Positions 45,745 through 59,595 are shown, counted from the stretch's first letter. The stretch: 64,000 nt of DNA from Escherichia coli (GCF_044647545.1 NZ_CP172818.1); one strand, 5' to 3'. Numbers and translations are program-made. Notes: a model not told the origin generated them from the sequence alone.

Positions 45745-45781
45745 AACAGCCCCGGATTTTACCGGGGCTGTTTCGCATTTC
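45745..45781 (-). terminator. Probable intrinsic terminator downstream of asnB
   Basis: cagccccgg-atttta-ccggggctg hairpin adjacent to the asnB stop; weak T-run. Confidence 0.5.
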
Positions 45782-47446
45782 TTACTTGTACGCCGACTGG
45801 TGAACACCAACCGCACGACCAGATGGATCGTCCATTTTTTTGAACGCTTCATCCCATTCGATCGCTTTAGCGGAAGAACACGCGACGGAAGGACCGCCCG
45901 GCACGCACTCAGCGGCGCTCGGAAGCGGGAACAGTTCTTCAAAGATCTCGCGGTACAGATACGCTTCTTTGGACGTCGGCGTGTTGTACGGGAAGCGGAA
46001 GCGGGCAGTTTCCAGCTGTTGATCAGAAACCTGCTGCGCCGCCACTTCTTTCAGGGTGTCGATCCAACTGTAACCGACGCCATCGGAGAACTGCTCTTTC
46101 TGCCGCCAGGCCACGCTTGCGGGCAGATACGCTTCAAAACATTCACGCAGGATGTGTTTTTCCATTTTGCCGTTACCGCACATTTTATCCTGTGGGTTAA
46201 TGCGCATCGCCACGTCGAGGAATTTTTTGTCGAGGAACGGAACGCGTGCTTCCACGCCCCAGGCGGACATCGCTTTGTTGGCACGCGCGCAGTCATACAT
46301 ATGCAGGGCCAGCAGTTTACGCACCGTCTCTTCATGCAGTTCTTTGGCATTCGGCGCTTTGTGGAAGTATAGATAACCGCCAAACACTTCATCAGATCCT
46401 TCACCGGACAGCACCATTTTAATGCCCATCGCCTTGATCTTACGCGACATTAAATACATCGGTGTTGAAGCGCGAATAGTGGTCACATCATAGGTTTCGA
46501 TGTGGTAAATCACGTCGCGGATGGCGTCCAGACCTTCCTGTACAGTGAAGTGAATTTCATGATGCACAGTGCCCAGATGGTTTGCCACTTCCTGGGCTGC
46601 CTTCAGATCCGGTGAACCCGGCAGACCTACAGCAAAGGAGTGCAGCTGCGGCCACCAGGCTTCAGAGCGTTCCTGATCTTCCACGCGACGGGCGGCGTAT
46701 TTCTTGGTGATAGCGGAAATGATTGAGGAATCCAGGCCACCAGATAGCAGCACACCGTAAGGCACATCAGACATCAGATGGCTTTTAACGGAATCTTCCA
46801 GTGCCTGACGCAGCTCGTTTTTGTCGGTCACGTTATCTTTCACCGCATCGTAGTCGAACCAGTCGCGATGATAATAAGAACGGATTTCGCCGTCCTGACT
46901 CCACAAATAGCTCCCCGCCGGAAACTCTTTAATCGTGCGGCAAACTGGCACGAGGGCTTTCATTTCTGAGGCCACATACAGCTGACCGTGTTCGTCATAG
47001 CCCATATACAGTGGGATGATCCCCAGATGGTCGCGACCAATCAGATATGCATCTTTTTCGCTGTCGTACAGGGCAAAGGCAAACATGCCCTGCAAGTCGT
47101 CGAGAAATTCCGGCCCTTTTTCCTGATACAGCGCGAGGATCACTTCACAGTCAGACCCGGTCTGGAATTGGTAACGATCGCCATATTCAGCGCGCAATGC
47201 CTGGTGGTTGTAGATTTCACCGTTTACTGCCAGCACATGAGTTTTTTGTTGGTTGTAGAGAGGTTGCGCCCCCGCGTTAACGTCAACAATTGACAGACGT
47301 TCGTGGGCGAGAATGGCGTTATCGCTGGCATAAATACCGGACCAGTCCGGGCCACGATGACGCATCAGGCGTGACAGCTCGAGTGCTTTCTTACGCAGCT
47401 CAACTGCGTCTGTTTTGATATCGAATACGCCAAAAATTGAACACAT
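45782..47446 (-). CDS. asnB: Asparagine synthetase B (glutamine-hydrolysing) AsnB, 554 aa
   Basis: N-terminal MCSIFGVFD nucleophile cysteine, PP-loop SGGLDSS; ORF track starts 21 codons upstream of the likely true start. Confidence 0.95.
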   Translation of the reverse strand: MCSIFGVFDIKTDAVELRKKALELSRLMRHRGPDWSGIYASDNAILAHERLSIVDVNAGAQPLYNQQKTHVLAVNGEIYNHQALRAEYGDRYQFQTGSDCEVILALYQEKGPEFLDDLQGMFAFALYDSEKDAYLIGRDHLGIIPLYMGYDEHGQLYVASEMKALVPVCRTIKEFPAGSYLWSQDGEIRSYYHRDWFDYDAVKDNVTDKNELRQALEDSVKSHLMSDVPYGVLLSGGLDSSIISAITKKYAARRVEDQERSEAWWPQLHSFAVGLPGSPDLKAAQEVANHLGTVHHEIHFTVQEGLDAIRDVIYHIETYDVTTIRASTPMYLMSRKIKAMGIKMVLSGEGSDEVFGGYLYFHKAPNAKELHEETVRKLLALHMYDCARANKAMSAWGVEARVPFLDKKFLDVAMRINPQDKMCGNGKMEKHILRECFEAYLPASVAWRQKEQFSDGVGYSWIDTLKEVAAQQVSDQQLETARFRFPYNTPTSKEAYLYREIFEELFPLPSAAECVPGGPSVACSSAKAIEWDEAFKKMDDPSGRAVGVHQSAYK

Positions 47447-47659
47447 AACCTTCTCCGTTAACCTGGTATTTGTTGCTTGTTGTGTTTGCTTGTTTAAAAA
47501 ATGCCGCAAAGCAGCACGGTGCGCAAGCGATTTGGCGGTGGAAAAATAAAAAACGTAATGGCGATTGCTGATTTGTGAAAAAGGATAGGGTGTGGTGGCG
47601 TATTTATTGATGGATCGATAATTTTTGACGGGTTTTATTGAATAGGATGATTTTAATGA

Positions 47660-47698
47660 TGGCTAAAATAAGAAACCACGCCCTGAGGCGTGGTTGCT
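47660..47698 (-). terminator. Intrinsic terminator after umpH
   Basis: aaccacgccctgaggcgtggtt hairpin followed on the minus strand by a T-rich run. Confidence 0.65.
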
Positions 47699-47700
47699 AT

Positions 47701-48453
47701 TCAGATAACGTCGATTTCAGCGACCGACGGGTAAATCCAGCTTGGGCGGAACGGCATACTGTCGATATCGTCGAGCGATGAAACACCAGAAAGCACCAGA
47801 ATCGTCTCCAGACCCGCCTGGAAGCCCGCCAGAATATCGGTACGCAGGTTATCGCCGACAATCACCGTTTCTTCCGAATGCGCCTGCATTTTGTTTAATG
47901 CCGCGCGGATGATCCACGGACTCGGTTTACCAACATAGAACGGTTTACGCCCGGAGATTTTTTCGATCCCTGCACACAACGCGCCACAGGCCGGATAAAA
48001 ACCGCGCCCGTGGGTGTCCGGGTTGGTGGCGATAAAGCGTGCACCGTTAGCGACGAAATAGGCTGCTTTATGCATCATGTCCCAGTTGTAGGAACGCGTT
48101 TCACCAACAATCACGAAATCAGGGTTCACATCGGTAATAGTGAAACCGGCTTTGTACAGTTCATGAATCAGTGCGCCTTCGCCCACCACATACGCTTTCT
48201 TGCCTTCCTGGCGACGCAGGAAATCGGCGGTCGCCATTGCAGAGGTATAAAACACGCTGTCAGGTACATCGACACCGGCAGTGGCAAAGCGGTTCGCCAG
48301 ATCTTGCCCGGTCTGCGAAGGATAGTTGGTCAGCAACACCAGCGGCAGGCCTTTATCCATAATCCCGTGCAAAAATTCCGCTGCACCCGGTACGGCGACG
48401 TTATCGTGCATCAGCACGCCGTCGATATCGCAAATTACATTTTTAATGGTCAT
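47701..48453 (-). CDS. umpH: UMP phosphatase UmpH (NagD), 250 aa HAD-family
   Basis: HAD motif I DIDGVL near the N-terminus; last gene of the nag cluster. Confidence 0.9.
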   Translation of the reverse strand: MTIKNVICDIDGVLMHDNVAVPGAAEFLHGIMDKGLPLVLLTNYPSQTGQDLANRFATAGVDVPDSVFYTSAMATADFLRRQEGKKAYVVGEGALIHELYKAGFTITDVNPDFVIVGETRSYNWDMMHKAAYFVANGARFIATNPDTHGRGFYPACGALCAGIEKISGRKPFYVGKPSPWIIRAALNKMQAHSEETVIVGDNLRTDILAGFQAGLETILVLSGVSSLDDIDSMPFRPSWIYPSVAEIDVI

Positions 48454-48500
48454 GGACTACCCAGAATATTGACAACAATAAGCGCCACTATAAAAGCACA

Positions 48501-49721
48501 TTAATTTTCCAGCAAATGCTGGAGCAAAATACCGTTGAGCATGGCGCGTTTTACCAGCGCAAAAGCGCCGATTGCCGAGCGGTGATCCAGCTCAGAACGT
48601 ACCACCGGCAGATTAGTGCGAAACGCCTTCAGCGCCTGGGTATTAATGCAGCTTTCAATAGCAGGGAGCAGCACTTTATCGGCTTCGGTGATTTCACCAG
48701 CAATAACAATTTTTTGCGGGTTAAATAAGTTGATAGCAATGGCGATGGTTTTACCCAGATGACGACCGACATATTCAATCACTTCCGACGCCAGGCTATC
48801 GCCCTTGTTCGCGGCTTTGCAGATAGTTTTGATGGTGCAGTCGTCCAGCGGCACGCGGCTCTGGTAGCCCTGCTTTAACAGATTCAACACCCGTTGTTCA
48901 ATGGCAGCGTTGGCGGCGATAGTTTCCAGGCAGCCAAAGTTGCCGCAGTGGCAGCGTTCACCCAGCGGTTCGACCTGAATATGGCCAATTTCACCGACGT
49001 TGCCGTTGCGCCCGATAAAAATTCGCCCGTTAGAGATAATCCCGGCCCCGGTTCCACGATGGACACGCACCAGAATGGAGTCTTCGCAATCCTGACTTGC
49101 ACCGAAGTAGTGCTCTGCCAGCGCCAGACTGCGGATATCGTGGCCGACAAAACAGGTCACTTTAAAACGTTCTTCCAGTGCTTCTACCAGCCCCCAGTTT
49201 TCTACCTGAATATGCGGCATGTAATGAATTTTGCCGCTGTCCGGGTCAACAAGTCCTGGCAGGATCACGGAAATGGCGATCAGCTCGCGCAGTTTGCGCT
49301 GGTAGCTATCAATAAACTGAGCAATGGCGTTAAGCAGGGCATGTTCCAGCGTCTGCTGGGTACGTTCCGGCAGCGGGTAATGTTCTTCTGCCAGCACTTT
49401 GCTACTAAGATCAAACAGAGTGATGGTGGCGTCGTGACGACCAAGCCGTACGCCGATTGCGTGGAAATTGCGGGTTTCGGTGACGATAGAGATAGCGCGG
49501 CGGCCCCCGGTGGAGGCCTGCTGATCAACTTCTTTGATCAGCCCGCGTTCGATAAGCTGACGCGTAATTTTGGTTACGCTGGCGGGGGCAAGCTGACTTT
49601 GCTCGGCAATCTGAATCCGCGAGATTGGTCCGTACTGGTCAATCAGGCGATAAACCGCCGCGCTGTTAAGCTGTTTTACGAGATCAACATTACCTATCTG
49701 AGCTTGTCCGCCTGGTGTCAT
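48501..49721 (-). CDS. nagC: N-acetylglucosamine repressor NagC, 406 aa ROK family
   Basis: N-terminal HTH plus ROK sugar-kinase-like domain with CxCGxxGC zinc motif (CHCGNFGC). Confidence 0.95.
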   Translation of the reverse strand: MTPGGQAQIGNVDLVKQLNSAAVYRLIDQYGPISRIQIAEQSQLAPASVTKITRQLIERGLIKEVDQQASTGGRRAISIVTETRNFHAIGVRLGRHDATITLFDLSSKVLAEEHYPLPERTQQTLEHALLNAIAQFIDSYQRKLRELIAISVILPGLVDPDSGKIHYMPHIQVENWGLVEALEERFKVTCFVGHDIRSLALAEHYFGASQDCEDSILVRVHRGTGAGIISNGRIFIGRNGNVGEIGHIQVEPLGERCHCGNFGCLETIAANAAIEQRVLNLLKQGYQSRVPLDDCTIKTICKAANKGDSLASEVIEYVGRHLGKTIAIAINLFNPQKIVIAGEITEADKVLLPAIESCINTQALKAFRTNLPVVRSELDHRSAIGAFALVKRAMLNGILLQHLLEN

Positions 49722-49729
49722 ACTTTCTC

Positions 49730-51738
<2,009 letters not shown>

Positions 51739-52070
51739 TATTCACCTCAATAAGTAAAATGTAAGCCGTTGGCGGATTAGGCATCTTTAAGCGTAACCTG
51801 GATTTGCGCAGACAGGCGTCAATCCGACCTGATTTTTTGAATGATAAAATAAGTTTTCTGGTTTAGCCAGTAAAAGGGAGTGATGATAACGATATTTGGT
51901 GACAAAACTCACAAAAGACACGCGTTTAATTTGCGATACGAATTAAATTTTCACACACTCTGTAGCAGATGATCTAACAATCTGATTACAGAACATCGGC
52001 AGTACAATTTGCAGCAAAATAAAAATACGGCTTTAAATGAGCCAAATAGGGTTCTCGTAGGGGGAATAAG
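51739..52070. promoter_or_regulatory. Divergent nagB/nagE control region (NagC operators and CRP site expected)
   Basis: 332-bp AT-rich intergenic region between divergent nagB and nagE; individual operators not mapped by eye. Confidence 0.55.
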
Positions 52071-54017
52071 ATGAATATTTTAGGTTTTTTCCAGCGACTC
52101 GGTAGGGCGTTACAGCTCCCTATCGCGGTGCTGCCGGTGGCGGCGCTGTTGCTGCGATTCGGTCAGCCAGATTTACTTAACGTTGCGTTTATTGCCCAGG
52201 CGGGCGGTGCGATTTTTGATAACCTCGCATTAATCTTCGCCATCGGTGTGGCATCCAGCTGGTCGAAAGACAGCGCAGGTGCGGCGGCACTGGCGGGTGC
52301 GGTAGGTTACTTTGTGTTAACCAAAGCGATGGTTACCATCAACCCAGAAATTAACATGGGTGTACTGGCGGGTATCATTACCGGTCTGGTTGGTGGCGCA
52401 GCTTATAACCGTTGGTCCGATATTAAACTGCCGGACTTCCTGAGTTTCTTCGGCGGCAAACGCTTTGTGCCGATTGCCACCGGCTTCTTCTGCCTGGTGC
52501 TGGCGGCCATTTTTGGTTACGTCTGGCCGCCGGTACAGCACGCTATCCATGCAGGCGGCGAGTGGATCGTTTCTGCGGGCGCGCTGGGTTCCGGTATCTT
52601 TGGTTTCATCAACCGTCTGCTGATCCCAACCGGTCTGCATCAGGTGCTGAACACCATCGCCTGGTTCCAGATTGGTGAATTCACCAACGCGGCGGGTACG
52701 GTTTTCCACGGTGATATCAACCGCTTCTATGCCGGTGACGGCACCGCGGGGATGTTCATGTCCGGCTTCTTCCCGATCATGATGTTCGGTCTGCCGGGTG
52801 CGGCGCTGGCGATGTACTTCGCAGCACCGAAAGAGCGCCGTCCGATGGTTGGCGGGATGTTGCTTTCTGTTGCTGTTACTGCGTTCCTGACCGGTGTGAC
52901 TGAGCCGCTGGAATTCCTGTTCATGTTCCTTGCACCGCTGCTGTACCTCCTGCACGCACTGCTGACCGGTATCAGCCTGTTTGTGGCAACGTTGCTGGGT
53001 ATCCATGCCGGCTTCTCTTTCTCTGCGGGGGCTATCGACTACGCGTTGATGTATAACCTGCCGGCCGCCAGCCAGAACGTCTGGATGCTGCTGGTGATGG
53101 GGGTTGTCTTCTTCGCTATCTACTTCGTGGTGTTCAGTTTGGTTATCCGCATGTTCAACCTGAAAACGCCGGGTCGTGAAGATAAAGAAGACGAGATCGT
53201 TACTGAAGAGGCTAACAGCAATACTGAAGAAGGTCTCAATCAACTGGCAACCAACTATATTGCTGCGGTTGGCGGCACTGACAACCTGAAAGCAATTGAC
53301 GCCTGTATCACCCGTCTGCGCCTTACAGTGGCTGACTCTGCCCGCGTTAACGATACGATGTGTAAACGTCTGGGTGCTTCTGGGGTAGTGAAACTGAACA
53401 AACAGACTATTCAGGTGATTGTTGGCGCGAAAGCAGAATCCATCGGCGATGCGATGAAGAAAGTCGTTGCCCGTGGTCCGGTAGCCGCTGCGTCAGCTGA
53501 AACTGCGCCTGCAACTGCCGCGCCTGTAGCAAAACCGCAGGCTGTACCAAACGCGGTGTCTGTCGCGGAGCTGGTATCGCCGATTACCGGTGATGTTGTG
53601 GCACTGGATCAGGTTCCTGACGAAGCATTCGCCAGCAAAGCGGTGGGTGACGGTGTGGCGGTGAAACCGACAGATAAAATCGTCGTATCACCAGCCGCAG
53701 GGACTATCGTGAAAATCTTCAACACCAACCACGCATTCTGCCTGGAAACTGAAAAAGGCGCGGAGATTGTCGTCCATATGGGTATCGACACCGTAGCGCT
53801 GGAAGGTAAAGGCTTTAAACGTCTGGTGGAAGAGGGCGCGCAAGTAAGCGCAGGGCAACCGATTCTGGAAATGGATCTGGATTATCTGAACGAAAACGCC
53901 CGCTCGATGATTAGCCCGGTGGTTTGCAGCAATATCGACGATTTCAGCGGCTTGATCATTAAAGCTCAGGGCCATGTCGTGGCGGGTCAAACGCCGCTGT
54001 ATGAAATCAAAAAGTAA
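52071..54017 (+). CDS. nagE: PTS N-acetylglucosamine-specific EIICBA component NagE, 648 aa
   Basis: Polytopic EIIC, EIIB cysteine motif (ACITRLR), EIIA domain; Ala/Pro-rich linkers. Confidence 0.95.
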   Translation: MNILGFFQRLGRALQLPIAVLPVAALLLRFGQPDLLNVAFIAQAGGAIFDNLALIFAIGVASSWSKDSAGAAALAGAVGYFVLTKAMVTINPEINMGVLAGIITGLVGGAAYNRWSDIKLPDFLSFFGGKRFVPIATGFFCLVLAAIFGYVWPPVQHAIHAGGEWIVSAGALGSGIFGFINRLLIPTGLHQVLNTIAWFQIGEFTNAAGTVFHGDINRFYAGDGTAGMFMSGFFPIMMFGLPGAALAMYFAAPKERRPMVGGMLLSVAVTAFLTGVTEPLEFLFMFLAPLLYLLHALLTGISLFVATLLGIHAGFSFSAGAIDYALMYNLPAASQNVWMLLVMGVVFFAIYFVVFSLVIRMFNLKTPGREDKEDEIVTEEANSNTEEGLNQLATNYIAAVGGTDNLKAIDACITRLRLTVADSARVNDTMCKRLGASGVVKLNKQTIQVIVGAKAESIGDAMKKVVARGPVAAASAETAPATAAPVAKPQAVPNAVSVAELVSPITGDVVALDQVPDEAFASKAVGDGVAVKPTDKIVVSPAAGTIVKIFNTNHAFCLETEKGAEIVVHMGIDTVALEGKGFKRLVEEGAQVSAGQPILEMDLDYLNENARSMISPVVCSNIDDFSGLIIKAQGHVVAGQTPLYEIKK

Positions 54018-54024
54018 TCTGCTT

Positions 54025-54058
54025 TATGCCTGATGCGACGCTTGAGCGTCGCATCCAA
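54025..54058. repeat. REP-like palindrome after nagE
   Basis: gcctgatgcgacgcttgagcgtcgcatcc. Confidence 0.5.
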
Positions 54059-54219
54059 CAATGACAAGCGGTGGAGATCTTCTCTGTCGCTTTTTTTTTC
54101 ATCAATCATCCCCATAATCTCAGTGAGATTTTCGATTTTCACTAACTAACAGTTGTCAGCCTGTCCCGCTTATAAGATCATACGCCGTTATACGTTGTTT
54201 ACGCTTTGAGGAATCCACG

Positions 54220-55884
54220 ATGAGTGAGGCAGAAGCCCGCCCGACTAACTTTATTCGTCAGATCATCGATGAAGATCTGGCCAGTGGTAAGCACACCACA
54301 GTACACACCCGTTTCCCGCCGGAGCCGAATGGCTATCTGCATATTGGCCATGCGAAATCTATCTGCCTGAACTTCGGGATCGCCCAGGACTATAAAGGCC
54401 AGTGCAACCTGCGTTTCGACGACACTAACCCGGTAAAAGAAGATATCGAGTATGTTGAGTCGATCAAAAACGACGTTGAGTGGTTAGGTTTTCACTGGTC
54501 TGGTAACGTCCGTTACTCCTCCGATTATTTTGATCAGCTCCACGCCTATGCGATCGAACTGATCAATAAAGGCCTGGCGTACGTTGATGAACTGACACCG
54601 GAACAGATCCGCGAATACCGCGGCACCCTGACGCAGCCGGGTAAAAACAGCCCGTACCGCGACCGCAGCGTTGAAGAGAACCTGGCGCTGTTCGAGAAAA
54701 TGCGTACCGGCGGTTTTGAAGAAGGTAAAGCCTGCCTGCGTGCGAAGATCGACATGGCTTCGCCGTTTATCGTGATGCGCGATCCGGTGCTGTACCGCAT
54801 TAAGTTTGCTGAACACCACCAGACTGGCAACAAGTGGTGCATCTACCCGATGTACGACTTTACCCACTGCATCAGCGATGCGCTGGAAGGTATTACGCAC
54901 TCTCTGTGTACGCTTGAGTTCCAGGACAACCGTCGCCTGTACGACTGGGTGCTGGACAACATCACCATTCCTGTTCACCCGCGCCAGTACGAATTCTCGC
55001 GCCTGAATCTGGAATACACTGTGATGTCCAAGCGTAAGCTGAACCTGCTGGTGACCGACAAGCACGTTGAAGGCTGGGATGACCCGCGTATGCCGACCAT
55101 TTCCGGTCTGCGTCGTCGTGGTTACACTGCGGCTTCTATTCGTGAGTTCTGCAAACGCATCGGCGTGACCAAGCAGGACAACACCATTGAGATGGCGTCG
55201 CTGGAATCCTGCATCCGTGAAGATCTCAACGAAAACGCCCCGCGCGCAATGGCGGTTATCGATCCGGTGAAACTGGTTATCGAAAACTATCAGGGCGAAG
55301 GCGAAATGGTTACCATGCCGAACCATCCGAACAAACCGGAAATGGGGAGCCGTCAGGTGCCGTTTAGCGGTGAGATTTGGATCGATCGCGCCGATTTCCG
55401 CGAAGAAGCTAACAAGCAGTACAAACGTCTGGTGCTGGGTAAAGAAGTGCGTCTGCGTAATGCTTACGTCATTAAGGCAGAACGCGTGGAGAAAGATGCC
55501 GAAGGCAATATCACCACCATCTTCTGTACTTATGACGCCGACACCTTAAGCAAAGATCCGGCAGATGGTCGTAAAGTCAAAGGCGTTATTCACTGGGTGA
55601 GCGCGGCACATGCGCTGCCGGTTGAAATCCGTTTGTATGACCGTCTGTTCAGCGTGCCGAACCCTGGTGCTGCGGATGATTTCCTGTCGGTGATTAACCC
55701 GGAATCGCTGGTGATCAAACAGGGCTTTGCTGAACCGTCGCTGAAAGATGCGGTAGCGGGTAAAGCATTCCAGTTTGAGCGTGAAGGTTACTTCTGTCTC
55801 GACAGCCGCCATTCTACGGCGGAAAAACCGGTATTTAACCGCACCGTTGGGTTGCGTGATACCTGGGCGAAAGTAGGCGAGTAA
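54220..55884 (+). CDS. glnS: Glutaminyl-tRNA synthetase GlnS, 554 aa
   Basis: Class I HIGH (HIGHAKS) and MSK (VMSKRK) motifs. Confidence 0.95.
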   Translation: MSEAEARPTNFIRQIIDEDLASGKHTTVHTRFPPEPNGYLHIGHAKSICLNFGIAQDYKGQCNLRFDDTNPVKEDIEYVESIKNDVEWLGFHWSGNVRYSSDYFDQLHAYAIELINKGLAYVDELTPEQIREYRGTLTQPGKNSPYRDRSVEENLALFEKMRTGGFEEGKACLRAKIDMASPFIVMRDPVLYRIKFAEHHQTGNKWCIYPMYDFTHCISDALEGITHSLCTLEFQDNRRLYDWVLDNITIPVHPRQYEFSRLNLEYTVMSKRKLNLLVTDKHVEGWDDPRMPTISGLRRRGYTAASIREFCKRIGVTKQDNTIEMASLESCIREDLNENAPRAMAVIDPVKLVIENYQGEGEMVTMPNHPNKPEMGSRQVPFSGEIWIDRADFREEANKQYKRLVLGKEVRLRNAYVIKAERVEKDAEGNITTIFCTYDADTLSKDPADGRKVKGVIHWVSAAHALPVEIRLYDRLFSVPNPGAADDFLSVINPESLVIKQGFAEPSLKDAVAGKAFQFEREGYFCLDSRHSTAEKPVFNRTVGLRDTWAKVGE

Positions 55885-55892
55885 GTTTACGT

Positions 55893-55925
55893 TGTCGGAT
55901 AGAGCGTTCACGCCGCATCCGGCAA
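55893..55925. repeat. REP-like palindrome after glnS
   Basis: gcgttcacgccgcatccggc. Confidence 0.5.
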
Positions 55926-55943
55926 AAAATAGCAAACAAACCC

Positions 55944-55972
55944 AAACGCCGCGCTCCGCGGCGTTTTTTTTC
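55944..55972 (+). terminator. Rho-independent terminator of glnS
   Basis: aacgccgcg-ctc-cgcggcgtt followed by TTTTTTTT. Confidence 0.75.
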
Positions 55973-56324
55973 TGCTTTTCTTCGCGAATTAATTCCGCTT
56001 CGTAATTTATTCATAAAGCAAATTTAAAATTACAAATCATAATTAAATAAAATGTAACCGCTTTCATCTTGCTGGAAATTCACGCATTTTTTCTTCAACA
56101 CACCTTTCAACTACAACTTAAGCCTTGTAACAAAAATCATCAAAATATGTGCGGTTGCTCATGTTCTTACATTCTGGTTACAGAAAGAGATTGATAATTC
56201 GCGTCGCGAAAAATAGTCTGTTCCTGTAGTCAGCGAGACTTTTCTCAACGCTACTTTTTTAATTTTTATTTTTTTCGCTGTTCACCTTTGGTGCAGCAAT
56301 TTATACGTCAAAGAGGATTAACCC

Positions 56325-57731
56325 ATGCGTGCGTTTAGTGGCAAACGTAGTACGCTGGCGCTGGCTATCGCCGGTGTTACAGCAATGTCGGGCTTTGTGG
56401 CAATGCCAGAGGCTCGCGCCGAAGGATTCTTCGAAGATTCAACCTTAACCGGCGGTATCTATTACTGGCAGCGTGAACGTGACCGTAAAGATGTTACCGA
56501 CGGCGACAAATATAAAACCAACCTTTCTCACTCCACCTGGAACGCTAATCTCGATTTTCAGTCTGGCTATGCCGCTGATATGTTCGGTCTGGATATTGCC
56601 GCGTTTACAGCGATTGAAATGGCAGAAAACGGCGACAGCTCTCACCCGAACGAAATCGCGTTTTCAAAAAGTAATAAAGCCTATGACGAAGACTGGTCCG
56701 GCGATAAAAGCGGTATAAGCCTGTATAAAGCAGCGGCCAAATTTAAATACGGTCCGGTATGGGCGAGGGCAGGTTATATTCAGCCAACCGGTCAGACGCT
56801 GTTAGCGCCACACTGGAGCTTTATGCCGGGTACTTATCAGGGGGCGGAGGCCGGGGCGAATTTTGATTACGGCGATGCTGGTGCGTTGAGTTTCTCCTAC
56901 ATGTGGACCAACGAATACAAAGCACCGTGGCATCTGGAAATGGATGAGTTTTATCAGAACGATAAAACCACCAAAGTTGATTATCTGCACTCCATCGGTG
57001 CGAAGTACGACTTCAAAAATAACTTTGTACTGGAAGCAGCGTTTGGTCAGGCGGAAGGGTATATCGATCAATACTTTGCCAAAGCCAGCTACAAATTTGA
57101 TATCGCCGGTAGCCCGTTAACCACCAGCTACCAGTTCTACGGTACGCGCGATAAAGTTGACGATCGCAGCGTCAACGATCTTTATGACGGCACCGCCTGG
57201 CTGCAGGCGTTGACCTTTGGTTACCGGGCGGCTGACGTAGTGGATTTGCGCCTCGAAGGTACCTGGGTTAAGGCTGACGGTCAGCAGGGATACTTCCTGC
57301 AACGTATGACTCCAACCTACGCTTCCTCCAACGGCCGCCTGGATATCTGGTGGGATAACCGTTCCGACTTCAACGCTAACGGCGAAAAAGCGGTCTTCTT
57401 CGGTGCGATGTATGACCTGAAAAACTGGAATCTTCCAGGCTTCGCCATCGGCGCTTCCTACGTTTACGCATGGGATGCTAAACCCGCTACCTGGCAGAGC
57501 AATCCGGATGCGTACTACGACAAAAACCGGACTATTGAAGAGTCTGCCTACAGCCTGGATGCGGTCTACACCATTCAGGACGGTCGCGCCAAAGGCACGA
57601 TGTTCAAACTGCACTTCACCGAATACGACAACCACTCCGACATCCCAAGCTGGGGCGGTGGTTACGGCAACATCTTCCAGGATGAGCGTGACGTGAAATT
57701 TATGGTAATCGCACCATTCACCATCTTCTGA
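56325..57731 (+). CDS. chiP: Chitoporin ChiP (YbfM), 468 aa outer-membrane porin
   Basis: Signal peptide and C-terminal aromatic residue (...PFTIF); long AT-rich leader upstream, as expected for the ChiX-regulated mRNA. Confidence 0.9.
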   Translation: MRAFSGKRSTLALAIAGVTAMSGFVAMPEARAEGFFEDSTLTGGIYYWQRERDRKDVTDGDKYKTNLSHSTWNANLDFQSGYAADMFGLDIAAFTAIEMAENGDSSHPNEIAFSKSNKAYDEDWSGDKSGISLYKAAAKFKYGPVWARAGYIQPTGQTLLAPHWSFMPGTYQGAEAGANFDYGDAGALSFSYMWTNEYKAPWHLEMDEFYQNDKTTKVDYLHSIGAKYDFKNNFVLEAAFGQAEGYIDQYFAKASYKFDIAGSPLTTSYQFYGTRDKVDDRSVNDLYDGTAWLQALTFGYRAADVVDLRLEGTWVKADGQQGYFLQRMTPTYASSNGRLDIWWDNRSDFNANGEKAVFFGAMYDLKNWNLPGFAIGASYVYAWDAKPATWQSNPDAYYDKNRTIEESAYSLDAVYTIQDGRAKGTMFKLHFTEYDNHSDIPSWGGGYGNIFQDERDVKFMVIAPFTIF

Positions 57732-57780
57732 TGCCCGACGCGGCAGGTTTTGTGCCTGCCGCACGTTTGAGGAATTTGCT

Positions 57781-58107
57781 ATGAAAAAACTGATTCTCAT
57801 CGCCATAATGGCATCGGGGCTGGTAGCTTGTGCGCAATCAACCGCGCCACAGGAAGACAGTCGTCTGAAAGAGGCATACAGCGCCTGTATCAACACCGCA
57901 CAAGGTTCGCCAGAAAAAATTGAAGCCTGCCAGAGCGTGTTAAACGTGCTGAAGAAAGAGAAACAACATCAGCAGTTTGCCGACCAGGAAAGTGTCCGCG
58001 TACTGGATTATCAGCAGTGTCTGCGCGCAACGCAAACCGGAAATGATCAGGCGGTGAAAGCCGATTGTGATAAGGTCTGGCAGGAAATTCGCAGTAATAA
58101 CAAATAA
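57781..58107 (+). CDS. chiQ: Lipoprotein ChiQ (YbfN), 108 aa
   Basis: Lipobox (LVAC); downstream of chiP in the same orientation. Confidence 0.85.
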   Translation: MKKLILIAIMASGLVACAQSTAPQEDSRLKEAYSACINTAQGSPEKIEACQSVLNVLKKEKQHQQFADQESVRVLDYQQCLRATQTGNDQAVKADCDKVWQEIRSNNK

Positions 58108-58147
58108 GTGAGAGCTGTAACTCTCGCTTTTCTTATTTCCCTTGCAT

Positions 58148-58180
58148 AAAAAAGCCAACCCGCAGGTTGGCTTTTCTCGT
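58148..58180. terminator. Bidirectional terminator between convergent chiQ and fur
   Basis: aaaaaagccaacc-cgca-ggttggcttttct hairpin flanked by A and T runs. Confidence 0.65.
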
Positions 58181-58190
58181 TCAGGCTGGC

Positions 58191-58637
58191 TTATTTGCCT
58201 TCGTGCGCGTGCTCATCTTCGCGGCAATCGCCTTCGGCACAGTGACCGTAAAGATAGAGACTGTGGTTAGTCAGGCGAATGCCATGTTTTGCGGCAATTT
58301 CACGCTGACGCGCTTCGATGGAATCATCACTAAATTCGATTACCTTGCCGCAGTCGAGGCAGATCAGGTGATCGTGGTGATGTTGCTGTGTCAGTTCAAA
58401 TACGGATTTACCGCCTTCAAAATTGTGGCGGGTGACGATACCAGCGTCGTCAAACTGGTTCAGTACGCGATATACCGTAGCCAGACCAATTTCTTCACCC
58501 ATATCGATCAGACGTTTGTATAAATCTTCCGCACTGACGTGATGGTTGTCCGGCTCCTGAAGAACTTCCAGGATTTTTAAACGAGGAAGCGTTACTTTCA
58601 GGCCAGCTTTCTTTAGGGCGGTATTGTTATCAGTCAT
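58191..58637 (-). CDS. fur: Ferric uptake regulator Fur, 148 aa
   Basis: Recognised as Fur (MTDNNTALKKAGLKVTLPRLKILEVL...); C-terminal His/Cys metal sites. Confidence 0.95.
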   Translation of the reverse strand: MTDNNTALKKAGLKVTLPRLKILEVLQEPDNHHVSAEDLYKRLIDMGEEIGLATVYRVLNQFDDAGIVTRHNFEGGKSVFELTQQHHHDHLICLDCGKVIEFSDDSIEARQREIAAKHGIRLTNHSLYLYGHCAEGDCREDEHAHEGK

Positions 58638-58925
58638 GCGGAATCTGTCCTGTTACTAAGCGGTTCACTTCATTAGAAGAAGTGACAGAATTTGCTCTTG
58701 AGATAATGCGTATCATTATAGAATTGCCACGCCTAAATGAAAACCACAAGTCCCTGGCAAATATTGTTAATAAAAACGTGGCACAGCTTACATTTACAAC
58801 GGCAAGGCCACTTGAACACCGGGACATTGTACAGGTACAACAGCAAAAGTTACAAATTTGTAGCAATTATTTTGATTGGCATTATCTATTAATACGGCGT
58901 AGACATGAGTCTACGCCGCATCACA

Positions 58926-59456
58926 TCAGGCATTGAGAATTTCGTCGAGATGCAGCTCTTCAGAAATTTGTTTAACCCATTTTTCTACACGTTCAGCGGT
59001 CAGTTCCGGCTGACGATCTTCGTCGATAGCCAGACCGACAAAGTGGTCATCATCAGCCAGACCTTTTGACGCTTCGAAGTGGTAGCCCGCAGTTGGCCAG
59101 TGACCAACGATAGTTGCGCCGCGCGGTTCAATGATGTCGCGGATGGTGCCCAATGCATCGCAGAAGTATTCTGCGTAATCTTCCTGGTCGCCACAACCAA
59201 ACAGCGCAACCAGTTTACCATTAAAATCAATCTCTTCGAGAGTCGGGAAGAAGTCATCCCAGTCACACTGCGCTTCGCCGTAATACCAGGTTGGGATGCC
59301 CAGCAGCAGAATGTCATAAGCTTCCAGATCTTCTTTGCTGCTTTTTGCAATGTCATGGACATCGGCAACGTCTTTACCAAGCTGTTTTTGAATCATTTTT
59401 GCGATATTTTCGGTATTACCGGTGTCGCTGCCGAAAAAGATGCCAGTGATAGCCAT
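58926..59456 (-). CDS. fldA: Flavodoxin 1 FldA, 176 aa
   Basis: FMN-binding loop SDTGNTE near the N-terminus ([16 protein letters not shown]); ORF track extends upstream of the true start. Confidence 0.9.
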
Positions 59457-59595
59457 GAGTGAAATAACCTCTTGAAACTTATTGAAATGGGGGTGGAAAA
59501 TTGCCCACGGATAAAGGCAATCATAGCAGAACAGGCAGTCTTGCGGAATCAGCAAACGAGCAGGACTGCACACTGTGCTACATGAAAGTGGAAAT

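Noticed and set aside
58638-58925. Small upstream ORF (uof) and Fur box in the fur-fldA intergenic region
   Set aside because: Expected from established knowledge, but the ORF is below the ORF-track length cut-off and I could not place the Fur box precisely by eye, so no coordinates are reported.
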